Under the pieces are notes generated by a model. The model made no database searches. It saw only the letters and a list, made by a program, of their open reading frames with translations, and had not been told where the DNA came from. A stretch of 64,000 nt of DNA from the NCBI RefSeq assembly GCF_963921235.1, contig NC_086097.1, positions 104,968,001 to 105,032,000 on the forward strand. Reading direction: 5' to 3'. Made by a program: the position numbers and the translations under genes. The DNA comes from Mobula hypostoma. Lineage: Eukaryota. This document shows, one piece after another, positions 60,654-64,000 of the stretch (its first letter is position 1; each line of letters begins with the position of its first letter).

Positions 60654-61732
60654 ACAGGACTGACGGCAGGTTGTTCAACCTGAGGCGCCTGCAGGCAGTT
60701 ACAAAGGTGCGAGAGACTGTCATCAGAGACTTGTTGTTTGCTGATGACTGCGCACTCAATGCCAGCACAGAGCAGGAGATGCAGCGTGAAATGGATTGCT
60801 TCTCACAAGCCTGCGACAACTTCGGTCTCACTATCAGCACCAAAAAGACCGAAGTTATGTACCAGCCTGCCCCAGGAAAGCCATACCAGGAGCCGCGCAT
60901 CACGGTGAAGGGTCAGAACCTCCAGGCAGCCGACAACTTCACCTACCTGGGCAGCATACTCTCTCGCGCAGTGAACATAGACGCTGAGGTCAACAACAGG
61001 ATTGCCTTTGGGAGACTCCGTGAGAACGTCTGGGAGCGGAGAGGACTTGGCCTTACCACCAAGCTGAAGGTCTACTGTGCAGTGGTCCTTACCACCCTCC
61101 TTTACGCCAGCGAGACCTGGACTGTCTACAGCAGACACGCCAAACAGCTCAACCATTTTCATCTGAGCTGTCTCCGCGGACTCCTCCATATCAGGTGGCA
61201 GGACAAAGTCCCCGACACGGAAATCCTGGAACAAGCTGGGCTCTGCAGCGTCTACACCCTCCTGCTGAAAGCCCAAGCCAGGTGGGCTGAACCTGTGGTC
61301 AAAATGCCAGACAGCCGATTTCCTAAGCAGCTGCTGTACGGAGAACTGTGTCAGGGCAAGCGCTCAGTCGGGGGGCAGAAGAAACGTTACAAAGACTGCC
61401 TGAAAGCGTCCCTAAAAGGCCTGGGTGTCATCATCAACACGTGGGAGACGCTTGCCCTCGGCCGTCCAGCTTGGCGCAGCAAGATCACCACAGGAGCCCG
61501 TGCAGCTGAAGTCAGGCGCATCATCGAGGCGCAACGAAAGCGTGCTGTGCGCAAGGCCCGAGCAGCATCCACTGCCACGACAGCACCCACCCACTTGTGT
61601 CCCACATGTGGGCGAGCCTTCAGGGCCCGGATTGGCCTCATCAGTCACCTCCAGACCCACAGCCACCAATCTCCCATTTGACTTTGAAGCCATGGTCATC
61701 TTCGACTACGAAGGACGAACAACAACAACAAC
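60654..61732 (+). mobile_element. RTE-clade (BovB-like) LINE, 5'-truncated, open reading frame to 61681, (CAA)n tail, 7-bp TSD
   Basis: YRTDGRLFNLRRL...DLLFADDCAL...FGLTISTKKTEV...FTYLGS...LLYASETW...PKQLLYGEL..GKR..GGQKKRYKD and a C-terminal CPTC..F....GL.SH...H finger. ATAAAAT is present at 60647-60653 and 61733-61739. Confidence 0.93.
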
Positions 61733-61769
61733 ATAAAATCATGACACCTTCATGCCATGAACGCAAACT

Positions 61770-62047
61770 GTCTTCTTCCCAGGGAAAGGGGATCAAAAAC
61801 GAGAGGACATAGATTTAAAGATGAGAGGGGAACAAATAATAGGAAGCTGAAAGTGAGCTTTCTCACTCAGTAATACATGTATGGAATGAGTTGCCATAGG
61901 AAATGGCTGAAGCAAATATATTAATAACAGTTAACAGGACAGGTGCCTGGATAGGAAAGGGATAAGGGCCAAATGTGGTGAGCTTAGATGGGAATGGATG
62001 AATTGGGCCAAAGGGCCTGTTTCTGTGCTGTGTGACTCTATGATTCT
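61770..62047 (+). mobile_element. CR1 LINE 3' end
   Basis: agaggacatagatttaaag, tggaatgagttgcca, and terminal gggccaaagggcctgtttctgtgctgtgtgactctatgattct. Confidence 0.8.
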
Positions 62048-62135
62048 GTTGTCCTTTTTTTCTACAGTGATGAGTGTGCAGTGATAGGCAGGTTACAGGC
62101 TGGATTCTCCCAGGGTTCCTGTAGTCCTATAAGTG

Positions 62136-62465
62136 ATGTCTACCCTGAAACCCCCAACAGAGAAGACCTCTGACCCAGCCCTGACCCAGACAATCGACCT
62201 TCCAAAAGATGTTCCTCTTCCACACCGCAAGTATAGGCAGCTGCTGCACGATAAGTATGTTAGAAGTATGGCCCTTAACCTGAATTTCTCCAAGGATGTG
62301 ATTGATTCCATGGCATTTTATGGGGCCCCACTCAAGGAGAGGGGTGATGGCAGTATCTTTGATCACTTTGAAGTTGTTACACGTGCAGCACCTTGCAGAC
62401 TTCTCCATTCAGGTCAAAAATCTCACCACTATCAACTCACCAAGCAGAAGACCAGGCAGGACACA
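62136..62465 (+). CDS. HEATR4: HEAT repeat-containing protein 4, first coding exon (exon spans 62068-62465)
   Basis: Acceptor tttttttctacag at 62067, ATG at 62136, donor ACA|GTGAGT at 62466 (110 codons, phase 0). YVRSMALNLNFSKDVI resembles the recalled mammalian HEATR4 segment YLKMAAANLTFSQEVV. Confidence 0.75.
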
Positions 62466-62565
62466 GTGAGTAACCAAGTGTTGGATAACATGTGAATTCA
62501 ATGGGTGTGGGAGACTTGAGAACCAGCACAAACCAACTTCAACTGCAGCGTTCCCTTTGTTTTAG

Positions 62566-62936
62566 GGTTGGAAATCTGCAGCATCACCACTGCTAAAGCA
62601 AATAGCAGCACAGAGCCGCAGTCCACCTGTGAAGGCAGTGAAGAATCCTCTCAGCTTTCAACTGCAGTTTGAGCAATGGGATGAGTACGTCATAAAGAAG
62701 CTGAGCAAGAGGACAGGACAGTGGCTTGTGACGAAGCAAATAACCAATGGTCTATCTCGAGTCAGGTTGCAGGCAGTTCTTCAGGACCACTATGGCTCTG
62801 CCAATGCCCATGCCCTCGTACAAGATGAGACCATGACAGCAAGTGATTTCAGTCTCTATAACCAAATCAAACCACAGGAGCCCTATGAGGCTGTTTTAAG
62901 AAGGGTGACCAGAATTCCATTGGCCAGCTGTTGCAG
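62566..62936 (+). CDS. HEATR4: HEAT repeat-containing protein 4, second coding exon
   Basis: Acceptor ttccctttgttttag at 62565, in frame with the previous exon. WDEYVIKKLSKRTGQWL and VQDETMTASDF resemble recalled HEATR4 WEATVLEKLNERTARWI and IRDELTSASDL. Donor CAG|GTAC at 62937 (phase 2). Confidence 0.78.
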
Positions 62937-63184
62937 GTACTAATGTTAGGTTTGTGGCATGTTTCAACAATGTTCTTAATCCAAGTAGCCCCTAAACATG
63001 CGTGCAGTTCCATTCCAAATACTAACTTTATCAAGATGCTAAAATCTTGCTGGTCAGTAGGTCATTCAGTATTAGAAGATCAAAAATTGAGAAAGAAAGG
63101 CAAAACTGAACTTGAGTAAATTAGCTGCTGAGATACACATGGATTAAAAAGATTTTGTTAGGCTCATTTTTTAAAAAAGGCTCC

Positions 63185-64000
63185 TTTACAGAGATGGGAG
63201 AATTTATAAGGAAAATAAGGAAATGACAGAGGAAGTAAACAATTACTTTGGTCTGCCATCATTGAAAAAGACATAAAGAACAATGGGAGATATACTGGAG
63301 AATTAGAGTCTGACAAGAATTACAATTGAAGGGAATTGGGATTAATAAAATAGGGTATTAGAGAACCTGATAAGAGTAAAAGCTGGTAAACGCCAAATGT
63401 TGAAAGAGGTAGCTACATATACAGTGAACCATATTCATCTTCCATCTTCAAAAGTAATGTAGATTTTGAAATGTTTCCTGTTGCAAATGTGACACTACTA
63501 TTTAAGAAAGGAGGAAGAGAGAAACCAGGAAACACTGCCAGAATATCAGGATGTAAACCTGGAAAGGAGTAATAGGACTGAGTAGTATTAGTGGGTTTGT
63601 GAAAGGATCATGTTTTCATCTGCTCTCCAATAGTCAACAGGAATGAGAGGAGCAGATGTGTGGAGAGAGTTCAGACAGTTACAATAACACAGTAGTATTA
63701 GTGGGAAATTTAACTTCCCTAACATTGATTGGGTCACCCAATGGGCTTGGTCAGGGTGCAGTTTGTTAAATGTGTCCTTAAAGAGAGCTAGGGAGGGTGT
63801 AACAGTGCACCTTATCTTAAGAAGCAAGATAGGGCAAGTGCCTGAAGTGTCCGTCAAGGAGCACTTTGAATTGAGTGACCATAATTCTATCAGTTATGGA
63901 GAAAGATCAGATGAATCCACAAATTAATGCTCTAAAATTGGACAGGGATCATTTTGGAGGCATGAGACAGGATCTTGCAGAGCTCTATTGGATGAGGCTG
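63185..64000 (+). mobile_element. Degraded CR1 fragments in the following intron
   Basis: gttgcaaatgtgacactactatttaagaaaggaggaagagagaaaccaggaaac (VANVT.LFKKG.REKPGN), followed by endonuclease remnants G.FNFPNIDW and SDHNSI. Confidence 0.75.

Noticed and set aside
62133..62943. HEATR4 as a pseudogene (two separate ORFs)
   Set aside because: A canonical 100-nt GT-AG intron joins them in frame.

Overview
Vertebrate genomic DNA, most likely a cartilaginous fish (ray or shark). That assignment is an inference from the repeat families. Bases 1-21.2 kb are a nested stack of decayed retroelements: several CR1 LINEs, two solo-LTR-like elements, Rex1-like pieces, an RNase H-bearing I-group/Nimb-like LINE with a 14-bp TSD, and a Penelope-type terminal repeat carrying a minimal hammerhead ribozyme motif. 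At ~21.2-21.46 kb is a short CpG-rich putative bidirectional promoter. It has two tandem RFX X-box-like motifs, an ETS site, and splice donors facing outward on both strands. It is followed directly by a >=37-kb strand-asymmetric G-rich minisatellite (32/36/37-bp unit, 4-5 G-runs and a 5' splice-site-like GGTGAG per unit, nested higher-order repeats, one 200-N gap). After a young RTE LINE come the first two coding exons of a HEATR4-like gene (62136-62465, 62566-62936). The best model is that the satellite fills a ~40-kb first intron of HEATR4. No intact transposon ORF is present, and the many ORFs called inside the satellite are artefacts of the repeat.
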